In this document: positions 13,066 to 26,969 of the stretch, piece after piece
Numbering within the stretch: position 1 is the first letter of the stretch
How the letters are laid out: each line of letters begins with the position of its first letter
From: Proteromonas lacertae
Lineage: Eukaryota
Assembly: GCA_002245135.1 (NCBI GenBank)
Contig: NGBS01000301.1
Span: 124,001 to 184,425, forward strand
DNA length: 60,425 bases
Direction: 5' to 3'
Program-made: the position numbers and the translations under genes
Notes under the pieces: model-generated
Database searches by the model: none
Told to the model about the DNA's origin: nothing
The model's input: the letters and a program-made list of their open reading frames with translations, nothing else

Positions 13066-14374
13066 TTAGTCCTTCTTAGCTTTAATTCCATCACTCATTC
13101 CATTCATCTGCTCTAATGCAAGAAGCAATGATTGAGTTCCAAGTTTACCATGCCCTTGAGCTTTAACACTAATATACAACTGATTAGCTAATGCCAAACC
13201 AGGTAAACTGAGATTCATTCTCTTAGCTTCACTTAAGGCAATTCCCATATCTTTTATAAATTACATATACATTAAGAACAAACTTTACATGCAAATTACT
13301 ATTTAAAAAAATGATATATGATCAACAAAGAATCCTGGATTAAAATCTCTTTTAATCATTCTTGGACCTAAGTTATTAATTGACCAACTACCAGCTGCAC
13401 CAGCACCAACAGCAGCAATCACTTCATTCAAATCTAAACCAGCTTTATAACCATATATCAAACCTTCACAAACACCAATCTAAATAAAAATATAAAACAA
13501 TTACAACTATATTAATATATATACCATCATAGTAGATATTAATATTTGATTTACCATCTTTGTATGTTGTCCACATCCACTTAAACCCATATACTTAATA
13601 TTCTTACCCATACATTGAAATAATGGATTTAATGATTCTACGGTTTCTTTACTATCACAACCAATCATAATTGATAAAGCTGCATTCTTTGCACCTATAT
13701 CACCACCACTTACTGGAGCATCTACAACAGTGATTCCTTTGGTTTTACCTACTTCGTTGATCTCTTGAGCGAGAGATGGTTCACTTGTGGTCATATCTAT
13801 TACTATTCCACCACTCTAATATTAATATAATAATAATAATTAATAAAAAAATATAAATACTTTTAATCCACTCATTATTCCATTTTCTCCTAATGTTACT
13901 TCTCTTACATCTGTTGGATAACTATTTATATTAATATATTATTATTATTATACCCAACAATAGTGAATACTACATCGGATTTCTCAGCTACTTCTTTTGG
14001 ATTATTTACTACACAAGCACCTTTTGCTTTTAATGGATCGCATTTTGAAAGTGTTCTATTATACTATTTAAATTATTAATGTTATAAAAATAATACGACT
14101 GTTGCTTTATAACCTGCATCAATCAAATGTTCACACATGTAACGACCCATTACACCAGTACCAATCCAACCAATTCTTGTAGTTTCAGGAGAAATCTTCA
14201 TTACTATATATACGATTAGTTTTAACAACAAGTATAAATAAGTAAAGAAAGAAGAAAAATTCCATTAATATAATTAGATAAATATAAGTAGATGCACATT
14301 ATACCAGAATTCGAGAAATATCTATTAGAATTGATGAGAATAGGCTTAGATAAATTTTTTATCAAGCGATTCAT
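13066..14374 (-). CDS. Beta-hydroxyacid (3-hydroxyisobutyrate-like) dehydrogenase with mitochondrial-type presequence
   Basis: [47 protein letters not shown]; presequence [23 protein letters not shown]. Confidence 0.9.
13261..13317 (-). other. U12-type AT-AA intron (57 nt)
   Basis: Minus strand ATATCATTTTTTT...TTCTTAATGTATATGTAA; contains an in-frame TAA; removal restores conserved DH|FIKDMG; no GT-AG solution found. Confidence 0.85.
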
Positions 14375-14461
14375 CTCAGATCTTGAAAAGATTACAACTG
14401 GTTTATGAAAATATTTTCTCTGACCAAAAACATAAAAAAAACAAAAAATATATGCAATAAG

Positions 14462-16089
14462 TTACTCTTTCTTGATCCAACCACATGTTACAAAGAAATC
14501 ATATATTCTTCCACTCTTCTCAGCTTCTACTTGAACTAATTGATTAGGTAAATTGGATCTTAAGAATCCAGCTCTACAAGCTTCTCGAATTAATGTATTC
14601 TTTATATTTAAATAATGTCTAGGCATTATTCTCAAAGTAGAACATAATTCAACCTCTTTCTCAGATAATAGCTCAACATCAGGACAGCTTGTAATATCCA
14701 ATTTCTCTTTCATCAATTCACTACAATATAAAACAAAATAAAATACTCATGAGCTGTTTTATCACTTCTTCCTCTATATAATTAATAATCAAATATATAA
14801 ATATACACAAGTGTCTTTTTAGAACTATCCTTCCTAGGTACTTCTTTATTAAACTGTTCAGCTTCAGCAAATGTCCTAATGCCATTTTCTCTATAATACT
14901 GTAATTCTCTTATCTTCTCTCTTATACGCATTTCTTCTATTAAACCACTAATAAATAACTCATGTTCCTGAGGTGTTTGAAATCGAGCTAATGGTCTCAT
15001 TTTGATATATAAATCTCTTTCATCTTTAGCTAATTTCTTATCATTTTGTTGCAATTTCTTTAAATCGATTAAACCTCTTTCTTTGATGAATTCTTTACGC
15101 TTTTGTCTTTCATCCAATTTAGCTATTCAAATAAAATAATTATATATATATATATATATATATATACTATTATATATATGCAATATTTTTAACTTTAAAT
15201 CAATCTCTTCTTGTGGATCATTCTTATGAAATTCCATATCCTTTATTACTACTTCAGCATCATTGTCAAACTCTACATCAAAATCACCTCTTAATGGATA
15301 ATATCCGGTTATATCAGATCCAGGCAACTTCAATCTAGGAAAAAAATATTAATTGAATGAATTACAATATATATATATACTGTGATGCAGATTTTATATC
15401 TTTTTCTGTTGGAACTACAGGTATTGTATCAATCATAAGTTCTGATTTTGACTCTGGATATGGAAAGTCATGTGATTCGTTATATAACATCCCAAAAGTG
15501 GAAATAACACTCAGCTTCTGATTTTGTAGAGATATAATCCGCTACATCACTATTTAAAAACAGTATAATAAAAATATACCTCCAATTACCATATCCTAAA
15601 CATTTGAATCCTTTAATGAATCTCAATTCTTCTTCAGCTGTCCATTTTTGTGTAAATAAACGTGATTGTGATAGGTTTGGAGCTACTCTGTATTTGTGAT
15701 TTGGTCGATGATCCAATGTGTATTTACCTTCATACATACATTTCAAACATAAATAATAATGTGAACATTCTGTACAGATTATTCTGCAAGAATGAGTTAT
15801 ATCCTAATGGAAATAAAATATATTATAATATATACTGTATTGCAAATTGAACAGTAAAATACAAAATCTTTCATATCAAATTCTATGAAAGGATCTGCTT
15901 CTTTTGGTTTAGGAGTTACTACTTCTATTACAATATATATGATCGATTATACTAGCCTCAGTAGAATCTTCTTCTCCTGAGTCTAATTTTGCTCTTTTTC
16001 TTTCTTCCTCTAAGGGCTCTCCAGCTTTACGCTTTCTATAATTATAACAAAAATGTTCAATACTCTGGTCCATCAGTTATTACACTCAT
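14462..16089 (-). CDS. ADA2: Transcriptional adaptor ADA2 (ZZ, SANT, SWIRM); apparent +1 frameshift near 15481-15486
   Basis: [30 protein letters not shown]-terminal SWIRM ending [12 protein letters not shown]. Confidence 0.92.
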
Positions 16090-16270
16090 GAGTTATTATA
16101 CACAATCTATTCAGTTTATTAGCAATGATATAAATAATGAAAATTGATTTACATAAGAAAGAAAAATAAATACCTCTGTTATGAACTTTATAATGCTGAA
16201 ATAAAAATTGACCAACACAGTGTCAATTTTTGGTAAATTACACTTGAAATAGTTTTTTAATTTTTTTGAA

Positions 16271-16899
16271 ATGTCTAAAGTGACTTATGAGGATGCTATG
16301 AGTGAGTTGGCTATTATGTTCCCAGGGCTAACTAATGAACTACTTGATACGGTTTTAAGACAGAATAGTATAATGTCTTTTCACTTTATTAGTGGGACAA
16401 CTTGAAAGGACAGTAGAACAATTATTAGAAATCACTGATGGATCAATGGAGCCAGCTTCTCCCTTACCAAATAACTATCCGTCAAGGTATGGAAAGAAAA
16501 GATTTATTGTATAGACATAATAATGGAAGAGTTTGGAGACATGAATTACCACCAGATTATTTATCAGTACCACCTGCTTTGATGAGAATACTAAATGAAC
16601 AAATTGCTCAAGATGCAGAGTTAGCAGCTGTATGTAAATATTATGGTATGTATAATTAGGCAATTCAAAACGAACTGGACAATGAAGATCATGTTAATGC
16701 TGATGGCGTGAGAGTAAAATCAGGTATTTGACATTTTCATATATTTTATCAAATAGAGGGTGGTGGAGTACTTGCAGCAATTGGTAGACTAGGCAAAAAT
16801 ATGAAAGATAAGATAAAAGGTAAAGTAAATAAATTAAGAGGTGACAGATATCAAAGCTTAACTGCAGCTGACGAAGAAACAATGATAAGTACTAAGTAA
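16271..16899 (+). CDS. CUE-domain ubiquitin-binding protein
   Basis: LAIMFPGLTNELLDTVLRQNMGQLERTVEQLLE; QIAQDAELAAAIQNE; four introns. Confidence 0.8.
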
Positions 16900-16948
16900 T
16901 TAATATTATTAGTTATTTTATTAATTTTCTAAACTTTTAAACTAATTA

Positions 16949-18586
16949 TTATGTTTTGTTCAGGAAAATTATATTTTCAATGTGTTGAGTAAAAGGTAAC
17001 ATATCTACTGGTTGTGAATATGCTATTTCATATTCAGGATTCATTAATAAAAACTGTTTCAAATCTATGATTTGAGTTATTACATTACACGAAACATAAC
17101 AGAATTGCTTTGGCTTTATTTGAGATATAAATTTAATAAGGTTTGTATGTAAACCTGGCCTATTTGGATCAACTATTAATACATCAGGATGTGGATAATC
17201 TGATAATAAACTTTCTGGTTGTTGTAAATTCATTACATTAAAAATACAATTGGTTATATTATTCAATTTCATATTAATTTTTGCATCTTCAATTGCATTT
17301 GGAATTAATTCAAATCCATAAACTGATTTTACTTTCTCTGCTAAATTAATACCAATACTTCCCATTCCACAGAACAAATCCCAAACAATAGTGTCTTTTG
17401 TTAAATTCAATCCTTTTTCAATTTCATTATACAGTTTATCTGTCTGATAAAGATTTGGTTGAGAAAATGAATTTGCTGATATTTTATATATTTTATTATT
17501 AATTGTGTGAAATAAAAAGTAATGACCATAATGCAAATGGATATTTTCATTATCACTATCATTTATCAATTCATGTGATTTTGAACTATTTTTATCTATA
17601 GAAATAATACTTACTATTTTGAATTTATCTGTTTCTTTAAATTGTGTAATTATTCTATTAGAAATTGTTTTTATTTTCACATTAACATCATCATTCGACA
17701 ATACCTTAAATATTATCATAACCTGAAATTGTCTTTGTTTTTCTTTTCCAACATCACTATACAAATTACCAAATTTAAGGCTAACAGATATTAATTCACC
17801 AGTTTTTGTAGAATTATCAAATGGAAGAATATTCATTTCTTCACATTGTGTTTTAATATAATTCATTATTTCATTACCGAGAGAATCATACAATAAGCAA
17901 GAATTAATACCAATAATTGATCCAATTGAATGTTGTTCTCTTGATGGATTCATTCCTAATGGTAATTTCGAATTTACTTTCTTGTAATTTTCAATGAATT
18001 CTGGTGTATAAAATGAATTATTTATCTATTATTAATTATAATAAATATATTTATTATCTTATACATGAGGAGATAAAGTGTTTGGAATATTATACAGCTT
18101 ATTCATACAAGAAAAATCTATTTTAGATCGATATTCAAACAATTGATCAGCTTTAACGATTGGCTTTATTCTACATTGTTTTTTCAATTTTGATATTTGT
18201 TCTTCAACAGTTTTTTGTTTATATTCAAGTTGTTTTTTATATTTCATATTCTGAAAACGACAACCACCACATATTCCAAACAATGGACATTTTGGATTTT
18301 CAATATCATCACTCTGTTTCAATATTGAATTGACCTTATATTTGTGTTTTATATGATTTCTTCCTTTACTTACTATACTATCACTTTATCATATATATTA
18401 ATACTGATGATCAAATTGAAGTATTTGTTTGGGAATTCCATATTTTATTTCTTTGTGAAAATGTTCATCAATTACTGCTACTCCATATCCATGTATATTT
18501 ATATGATCAATCACTCCTGTGCTTTGTTGAGCATGTCTAATGTACTTATTATATAGTGGTTTTCTCAAAAATCGAGAAATTAACAT
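16949..18586 (-). CDS. RNA (uracil-5)-methyltransferase of the RlmD/TrmA family, probably mitochondrion-targeted
   Basis: CPLFGICGGCRFQ Fe-S motif; SFSQPN; DLFCGMGSIG; YVSCN; DMLPFTQHIE; Arg-rich N-terminus. Confidence 0.88.
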
Positions 18587-18662
18587 TTCAGAAGTTTGAC
18601 AAAAAGCTTGAATTCGTTTTTTATTTTATATTTTTTTAAATTTTGAACGCTTGAAATGATCA

Positions 18663-19867
18663 ATGAATTGTCCAGGATCATATAAAACTCCATTTCACAC
18701 ACAGACCCATTTTATTGAAGATGGTGACTATGAAGAACCATTAGTTGTGATTTCTTCGTTATTACCAGAACAAGAACCTGAAAGACCTGAAATTCATCTC
18801 AAAGCTGCCAGTATATATCATTAATATTATTAATGAATAGACTCTAAAGTTCCAGCACCATTTCTTAAAATGAGACCTAATAACACAGTCAAAACACTAT
18901 TTGAAAAGGATCTAACGTTAAAACGGAAAAAATCACAAGTATTAACAAAAATAAAACAACTTGATTTAACAAAGAAAATATTAGAAGATGAAGAATTAGA
19001 AAGATGTTTAACACAAGAATTAATAGAAAGAGAAAATCAAATAAAATTAGAGCATATTTATTATATATAATGAATTAGAAAAAATGCCAAAGGTATAATG
19101 GAAGAAACTTACAAAAATCCACTTCGAGATATGCTTTCTAATCAAAAAACACTCAAACCATTAGAAAAGAAAAAGCAACGAACAGCTGCAGATTACTGGA
19201 GTAGTGATGATGATAGTGACAGTGATAGTTATGAAGGAAGAACAATCCCAATTAGACCAGCTCCTGACAAACCTATATTTGGTGCAACGAAAATATTGAA
19301 AGGAACAGAAGAAAAGAAATTGCCGTTGGTTAGTGTTGGTCAACAGTATATATCTGCTGATGGTGCAGAAATGCATGTGGTTTTAGGATCACCACAGGAA
19401 AAGACTTTAGACAAGCCAATATTTCCTGTTAGTAAAAGGTTATTAAAACCATTAGAAAGGAAAGAACACACTGCTTGTATATCTAATAGAGGAGATAGGG
19501 ATATCAGTCAATTGAAGTTGAAACAGCATCCAGATCCAGAATTTACTGTCCCAAAAGCTGATCATAGATCTGAGCATGTGTATGGGACAATTAGTTGGCC
19601 TTTACCTGAACCAATAAAATGGACAAAGCCACAGCCAGTTAAAACTAAACGTATATATTATATTGAATGTAAATAATCATTATTAGAGGTTACAGTAAGG
19701 CAAAGAAGGAAAAGAGCAGAAAAAGATGTTGAAGATTATAAATATCACAGTTATTATGGTTCTAAAGCTTTTAAACAGAAACTAGAAAAGGTATTTTCAT
19801 TTTTTTGTTATATAATACATAGTATCGAGAGAAATATGAGGATGATTTTGAAGCTTTCTTTGGTTAA
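18663..19867 (+). CDS. Hypothetical protein; includes a GC-AG intron at 19052-19078
   Basis: Five exons join in frame to TAA 19865-19867. Confidence 0.65.
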
Positions 19868-20053
19868 TAGAGTATCTTTATTTATTTAATTATTTATTAC
19901 TGATAATAATGTTTTTTTGATGATAAAATGTAAAATGACTGAAATATCATCATAAACGAAATAGCCAATTAAAAGATTTTTAGGATCATATCTTCTTTTT
20001 TTGAGCTTCATAGACATTTTTAAGGCTTATTTGTAGATAAATATTCAATAAAA

Positions 20054-20963
20054 ATGACAGCTGTATATTATTATATTCCAGAAGAAGGTGATGAAGAAGG
20101 TCATCCAAACGTTTATACTATTCACAAGGAAATGAATGAATTAACACTTCGAGATATTCGAGAAGTATTTAATTATTATTATTTTATTAGACATTTCCTC
20201 TGACTGGAGTTTTTCACTTCAGATTTAAGAAAAACATTAAAGCTGGCAATATTACTTATAGTATAATTCTCTACAATTAATATAATACTAATAGTTTGGA
20301 TGGATGTTATTGATGCAAAACAAATCGTTCCAACATGTGATAATACTGTATTTGCGAAGGTAGAACGTCTGAATTTGGCTAATAAATCAGTACCACAGTC
20401 TCCAAGACAACCAGTACCACCACAATCTTCTGTAGCTGCTCATGCTCCACAACCACCACAAGTAAGATCATCTAAACCACCAGTTCCAAGTCCATTACCT
20501 GAGGGTATATTTTTCAATTTATATTTTATTTTTTATGAAAGTAGACGATGATGAGGAAGATGAGGAAGAAGAAGAAGAAGAAGAAGGTGAAGAAGAAGAA
20601 GTAGAAGAAGAGGTGGAAGTTGAAGTAGAAGTAGATTCTGATGGTAATGAAATAATGCCAGAAGGTGAAGATGAAGATGATGATCAATTTTTCGGTGATC
20701 CAATGCCACATCAACAATCTGAAGAAGTCAAACCAAGAACAATGTCAATGGAATTCTTAGGTGAATCATTGTCTTCAAATAATGGTTCTAATCCTCCTGA
20801 TCAAGCTGAATTAGAAGAATTAGGAGATTTAGATTTTGGCGCAGCTGATAAATTGAAACCAAAGGTTGTAAGACCAAAGAATATACCTCCACCACCCAAA
20901 GGAATGAAAGGTAATCCAGTTACTAAAGGAAAGATATCTGGACTTGATGATTTTAATTTTTAG
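20054..20963 (+). CDS. DIX-domain protein with Pro-rich and acidic tail
   Basis: MTAVYYYIPEEGD..HPNVY..LTLRDIRETFPLTGVFHFRFK..WMDV..VPTCDNTVFAKVERL. Confidence 0.85.
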
Positions 20964-21128
20964 TAATATTATTAACTTATACATACACATATAATTATTA
21001 TTTTCATTTTAAACAAAGAAATACAAGATAATACACAAATAATACAAAAATACATAATAATGGAACTCAAATCAAGTCAAGCCAGCCAATAAAAAAACAT
21101 TTTCTAGATTAATTATTAAATCTTGATT

Positions 21129-24100
21129 ATGTCGGTATATATTTATCTTTTTTATATTTTTTGAATAGAAATTTACTGCTGTTGCATTTGTCTTAGCACT
21201 TGCATCATTTGCTTATGCTCAAAATCAAAAGTATAAATTATATATCTTATAACTTTATAGACTTAACCTTAAAGGAGTTGATTTGGTTAGATCCGATGAT
21301 TTGAAGTTGACCAGAGCTGTAGGAAAGATCACTTACGATGATTGGGATAACTGTGAAGAAGAGAAAGGTCACTTCTTAATCGAATATAAATTCGTTGATC
21401 ATATTCCAGTTCAAGCTGATTTCCATGCCGAACATTATGAATGGGTAAACTGTAATGGAAATATTCTTACTGATACGTCTGTAAACACAACATTATTGAA
21501 AGAGAATCTATTTGCTGTAGAATTAATCTCCAACTTTGGTGATGTATTATTCGATTTGAAATACAAAAGTTATCCAACGTTATTTAAAGATTACACAATT
21601 GAAAGAAGTGAAGATTATTTGAGATACAATGTGAAAGGTAATTTAGGATTAGATTGGACTGATTGTGAAGTTGACAAAGAAAAATTCGAATTATACTGTG
21701 GATTCTTTACTGATGTAGCTAAAACTGAAGAAGTAAAGAAATCGGAATATAAACGAGAAATAACATGTGGAAAAACTCCATTATCATTCTCTTCTGAAGG
21801 TGTAGAAGATCATTATTTGACCTGTATTTTATATCGACCATCTGATGATAAAGTAATCCATAAATACAGTTCAGGAACACCAACTTTAAATATCGAGAAT
21901 TGGTCAATGAAGATAGGAAAAGACTTAACAAAATATGAATTACGAGGAGATAATCGATTAGAATGGAAAACATGTAATATGAACAATGAAGTAATGGACT
22001 TTAGAATAACTTGTGGATTCTATAAAGATGTTCCAAATCCATCTGATTTCCGAAATAGTTGGGAAATGGATATGGAATTAGAATGTGGAGGTTGGCCTTG
22101 GCAAGTGATGTGGACAAAAGATGCTTCTTACAAATACTGGGGATGTATGACCTATGATGGAAAAGATAAAGCTGTAGCTGATTTAAAATATGTTGAAGCA
22201 CCTAGTTTGATAATGCCAAATGCTGATTCAATTGAAGAGAAAGATAATAAATGGTATGTAAAAGATAAATTACAATTGAAATGGACTAAATGTGAAGCAG
22301 AATCTAAAGATTATGGTTATGTATGTGAATTCTTCAATAATATTCCAACATATGAAGAATTAGTAGAAAAGAAAGATAAGATCGGTAATATAAACTGTGG
22401 AGAAAACTCAATTGAAGATACATCTGATAATTTAAGTGAAGGATATTTAGTATGTGGAATATTGAGAAGATCAACCAATGATGTAATATCAATGGAATAT
22501 ATAAGTAAGAAAAGTATTGATATTCAAGAAATATCCATGTATAAAGATGATAATAAGATCTATGCAAATGGTGATATAAAATTGAATTGGGCTAAATGTG
22601 AAAATGAAAAGAGTGATTATGAATTGATTGTAAACTTTTTGGATCATTCTCCCTCTGTAGATGAAGACTGGTCAGGTAAAAGTATTGAAATAAGTTGTGA
22701 TAAAACCAAAGTTGACCATGAATTTACCTCTGATTTAAAGAAGATTCACTTTGTAGTAAAATTGATAAAGAAAGATAACAAGATAGTATATGATGTAGAA
22801 TCAATAAAACTACCATCATTTGATATTGGTAGTTTAGATTTCTCATTTACCAATCAGTATTATAATCACAGAATAATCTCTGGTTTTATTCCAATCGATT
22901 TCCCTAATTGTGAACGAAATCATAATCAGTACAGTATAATCTGTGATTTCTCCACAACCATACCAACTTATGAATCATTAATGAATGGATTTAAGAATAA
23001 GATTGTATGTGATGCTTGGGAATTAGAAGGATTAACTTCAATTAGTACAGTTGATAGTGTGTTTGGTTGTATGATGATTGAAAATGAGAGTAAAAAGATG
23101 GTTGAATTAAAATCAATCGATTTAAATCCTCGCCATCAAAAGTATAAATTATATATCTTATAACTTTATAGACTTAACCTTAAAGGAGTTGATTTGGTTA
23201 GATCCGATGATTTGAAGTTGACCAGAGCTGTAGGAAAGATCACTTACGATGATTGGGATAACTGTGAAGAAGAGAAAGGTCACTTCTTAATCGAATATAA
23301 ATTCGTTGATCATATTCCAGTTCAAGCTGATTTCCATGCCGAACATTATGAATGGGTAAACTGTAATGGAAATATTCTTACTGATACGTCTGTAAACACA
23401 ACATTATTGAAAGAGAATCTATTTGCTGTAGAATTAATCTCCAACTTTGGTGATGTATTATTCGATTTGAAATACAAAAGTTATCCAACGTTATTTAAAG
23501 ATTACACAATTGAAAGAAGTGAAGATTATTTGAGATACAATGTGAAAGGTAATTTAGGATTAGATTGGACTGATTGTGAAGTTGACAAAGAAAAATTCGA
23601 ATTATACTGTGGATTCTTTACTGATGTAGCTAAAACTGAAGAAGTAAAGAAATCGGAATATAAACGAGAAATAACATGTGGAAAAACTCCATTATCATTC
23701 TCTTCTGAAGGTGTAGAAGATCATTATTTGACCTGTATTTTATATCGACCATCTGATGATAAAGTAATCCATAAATACAGTTCAGGAACACCAACTTTAA
23801 ATATCGAGAATTGGTCAATGAAGATAGGAAAAGACTTAACAAAATATGAATTACGAGGAGATAATCGATTAGAATGGAAAACATGTAATATGAACAATGA
23901 AGTAATGGACTTTAGAATAACTTGTGGATTCTATAAAGATGTTCCAAATCCATCTGATTTCCGAAATAGTTGGGAAATGGATATGGAATTAGAATGTGGA
24001 GGTTGGCCTTGGCAAGTGATGTGGACAAAAGATGCTTCTTACAAATACTGGGGATGTATGACCTATGATGGAAAAGATAAAGCTGTAGCTGATTTAAAAT

Positions 24101-25806
24101 ATGTTGAAGCACCTAGTTTGATAATGCCAAATGCTGATTCAATTGAAGAGAAAGATAATAAATGGTATGTAAAAGATAAATTACAATTGAAATGGACTAA
24201 ATGTGAAGCAGAATCTAAAGATTATGGTTATGTATGTGAATTCTTCAATAATATTCCAACATATGAAGAATTAGTAGAAAAGAAAGATAAGATCGGTAAT
24301 ATAAACTGTGGAGAAAACTCAATTGAAGATACATCTGATAATTTAAGTGAAGGATATTTAGTATGTGGAATATTGAGAAGATCAACCAATGATGTAATAT
24401 CAATGGAATATATAAGTAAGAAAAGTATTGATATTCAAGAAATATCCATGTATAAAGATGATAATAAGATCTATGCAAATGGTGATATAAAATTGAATTG
24501 GGCTAAATGTGAAAATGAAAAGAGTGATTATGAATTGATTGTAAACTTTTTGGATCATTCTCCCTCTGTAGATGAAGACTGGTCAGGTAAAAGTATTGAA
24601 ATAAGTTGTGATAAAACCAAAGTTGACCATGAATTTACCTCTGATTTAAAGAAGATTCACTTTGTAGTAAAATTGATAAAGAAAGATAACAAGATAGTAT
24701 ATGATGTAGAATCAATAAAACTACCATCATTTGATATTGGTAGTTTAGATTTCTCATTTACCAATCAGTATTATAATCACAGAATAATCTCTGGTTTTAT
24801 TCCAATCGATTTCCCTAATTGTGAACGAAATCATAATCAGTACAGTATAATCTGTGATTTCTCCACAACCATACCAACTTATGAATCATTAATGAATGGA
24901 TTTAAGAATAAGATTGTATGTGATGCTTGGGAATTAGAAGGATTAACATCCGTTGGAACAGATGATAATGTATTTGGCTGTATGATGATTGAAAATGAGA
25001 GTAAAAAGATGATTGGATTAGAATATGTAGAATTAGGTGGATTAATAATGGATGAGATAAAAATAAAGCATGCTGATAATAACAAAATCACAGTGAATGG
25101 TTTATTAAAATACAAATTAGGAAAAGATGCCAAAGCTGAAGATTTCCATTATGAATGTAAATTATCAAATGAACTTCCAACTCCATCATTATTCGATTAT
25201 GAAAAGAGTGAGATAATAAATGTAGAAGGAAATGAAGTAAACTTCTTTGAAGAATCTAATGAATTCTTTGGTTGTATTTTATATCGAGTAAATGACAAAG
25301 GAATAATCGATTTACAATATAAAGAATTACCTGAATTCAATGTAGAACATTTACACTTGGAAGTGAATAAGAAAGATAAAGTGTGGGTTCCAGAAGGTGA
25401 TATAACATATAAATGGTCTAGTTGCGGAATTAATAAAGATAAATTCGAATTAGCTTGTGAATACAGTGATAATGAACCAAGTTCTGTGAATTTAGACAAA
25501 GCTAGTAAATTTGATATTGTTTGTAGTGGAACAAATCTTACTTCCTTTACTACTGATCTAAATAATGAAGTTTACTTGGGTTGTTCTTTAGTGTCAAAAG
25601 ATGATAAAGAAGTTTATGATTTCCATTTCATCAAAGGTCACCAAGAAGAGAGTTCAGGTAGTAAAGCCCTTGATGTGATAGTTGGTGTATCAGCTGCCGT
25701 TGTAGCTCTTGGTATAGTTGGTTTGTTAGTTTACATCTACATAAGAAGTCGAAAAGCAAAAGACACAACTGAACAACCATTATTATCAGGTGAACAACAA
25801 GCTTAA
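21129..25806 (+). CDS. ~1527-aa type-I surface protein of repeated ~100-aa Cys/Trp beta-rich modules; introns 21135-21168, 21231-21260, 23142-23171
   Basis: Signal peptide MSKFTAVAFVLALASFAYA; spliced CDS is 4584 nt and in frame; C-terminal TM plus RSRK..EQPLL tail. Confidence 0.82.
21224..24947 (+). repeat. Direct tandem duplication, period 1911 bp (21224-23036 matches 23135-24947)
   Basis: Identical translations and identical antisense ORFs offset by 1911; the 98 bp between copies are diverged. Confidence 0.95.
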
Positions 25807-25918
25807 ATCATTGCTAATAAATCAAATAATTGTTGGTTATGAATTTTGTATTTTGGGGTTATGAAAAAAAAGTTTGATTTGATTTAAATATCGTTTAAAA
25901 ACTTAATAAAAAACTATA

Positions 25919-26969
25919 ATGAGAGTTGCCCCAGCTCCCAATATAGATGGGGAATTATTCAAAATTCTGCAACTATTTTATTGTATCTATTTATATCTCT
26001 ATTTTTAGTTAATAAACAAGAATACTACAAGATATATACAATTTTTTCTAAAAATTCACAAATTCTGCCGTATATTGTCATATATAACATGTTGTAGTAA
26101 TGGCGAAAGTGGCATTTGCCCAAAATTTATTCTTAAAGGCATACCTCTATCACAAATGTCATTATTTTCATCTATAACTGCTCCATTAGGTATAATTATT
26201 TATTAATTAATTTGAATGAGTAGGTACTTTCGTTTCATGGGAATTATTCTTTAAGTGTATTGTTATTCTCACACTTTTTCCTTCAAAAGAATATATAAAA
26301 AGTATGTTGCAATAGTTATATTCTCTATTTATAGTTGTACTTGCTTCAATCAAAGTATCACCTTTTCAACCAGTTTCTTATTCTGGATTTTCTCGGTTTC
26401 TAGGAGCTTTGGGTATAGAAGACACAAAACTTTGTCTGGAACTGTATCAAGACAATCATTTACCAGATGGTGATATGAATATTGAAGATATATGGAAAAT
26501 ATATAAATTAAACCCAGAAGTCAAATCAGCAGTGAAATATCTTAGAGCATATCTAAGAAAATTAATTTTTGGCAATTTTATGTATAATCAAATTAAAATT
26601 CGAAATAAAAGTATGATTTCACACCAAAAACGTCCAGAAAGTATCTGTCACAAATTTATCCGAATTATTTATGGTTATCCGCCTTTATATCACTTCGATT
26701 TTGCTCCAGTTGATGTTGACGATAGAAATAGAATTTTAGCTTATTTAATTGCCACTTTTATGTCCAAATATTATTCATATGGGCCATTGAGTGGTAGAAA
26801 TGTAGTAGGAACAACTTCATTCAACAGAGGAGAGCATAAAGCTGAACCTCCTTCGATTCATTCATCAAGACAACCTACATCGTGTAGAACTCGAGGTTCG
26901 TCATTATCACATGGATATATAGGAGGATCATTAGGTAAAAGGATGGTAGCTGTTTCTCAATTAATGTAA
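25919..26969 (+). CDS. Hypothetical protein
   Basis: ATG 25919; four GT-AG introns join in frame to ORF 26409-26969. Confidence 0.65.

Noticed and set aside
15451..15488. GT..GAG intron explaining the ADA2 frame break
   Set aside because: It would delete the conserved Y..S..FP.P segment and use an atypical GAG acceptor; a 1-nt indel fits better.
21283..25806. Two separate tandem paralogous genes
   Set aside because: The stop at 23163 lies in a duplicated GT-AG intron. There is only one signal peptide and one TM.
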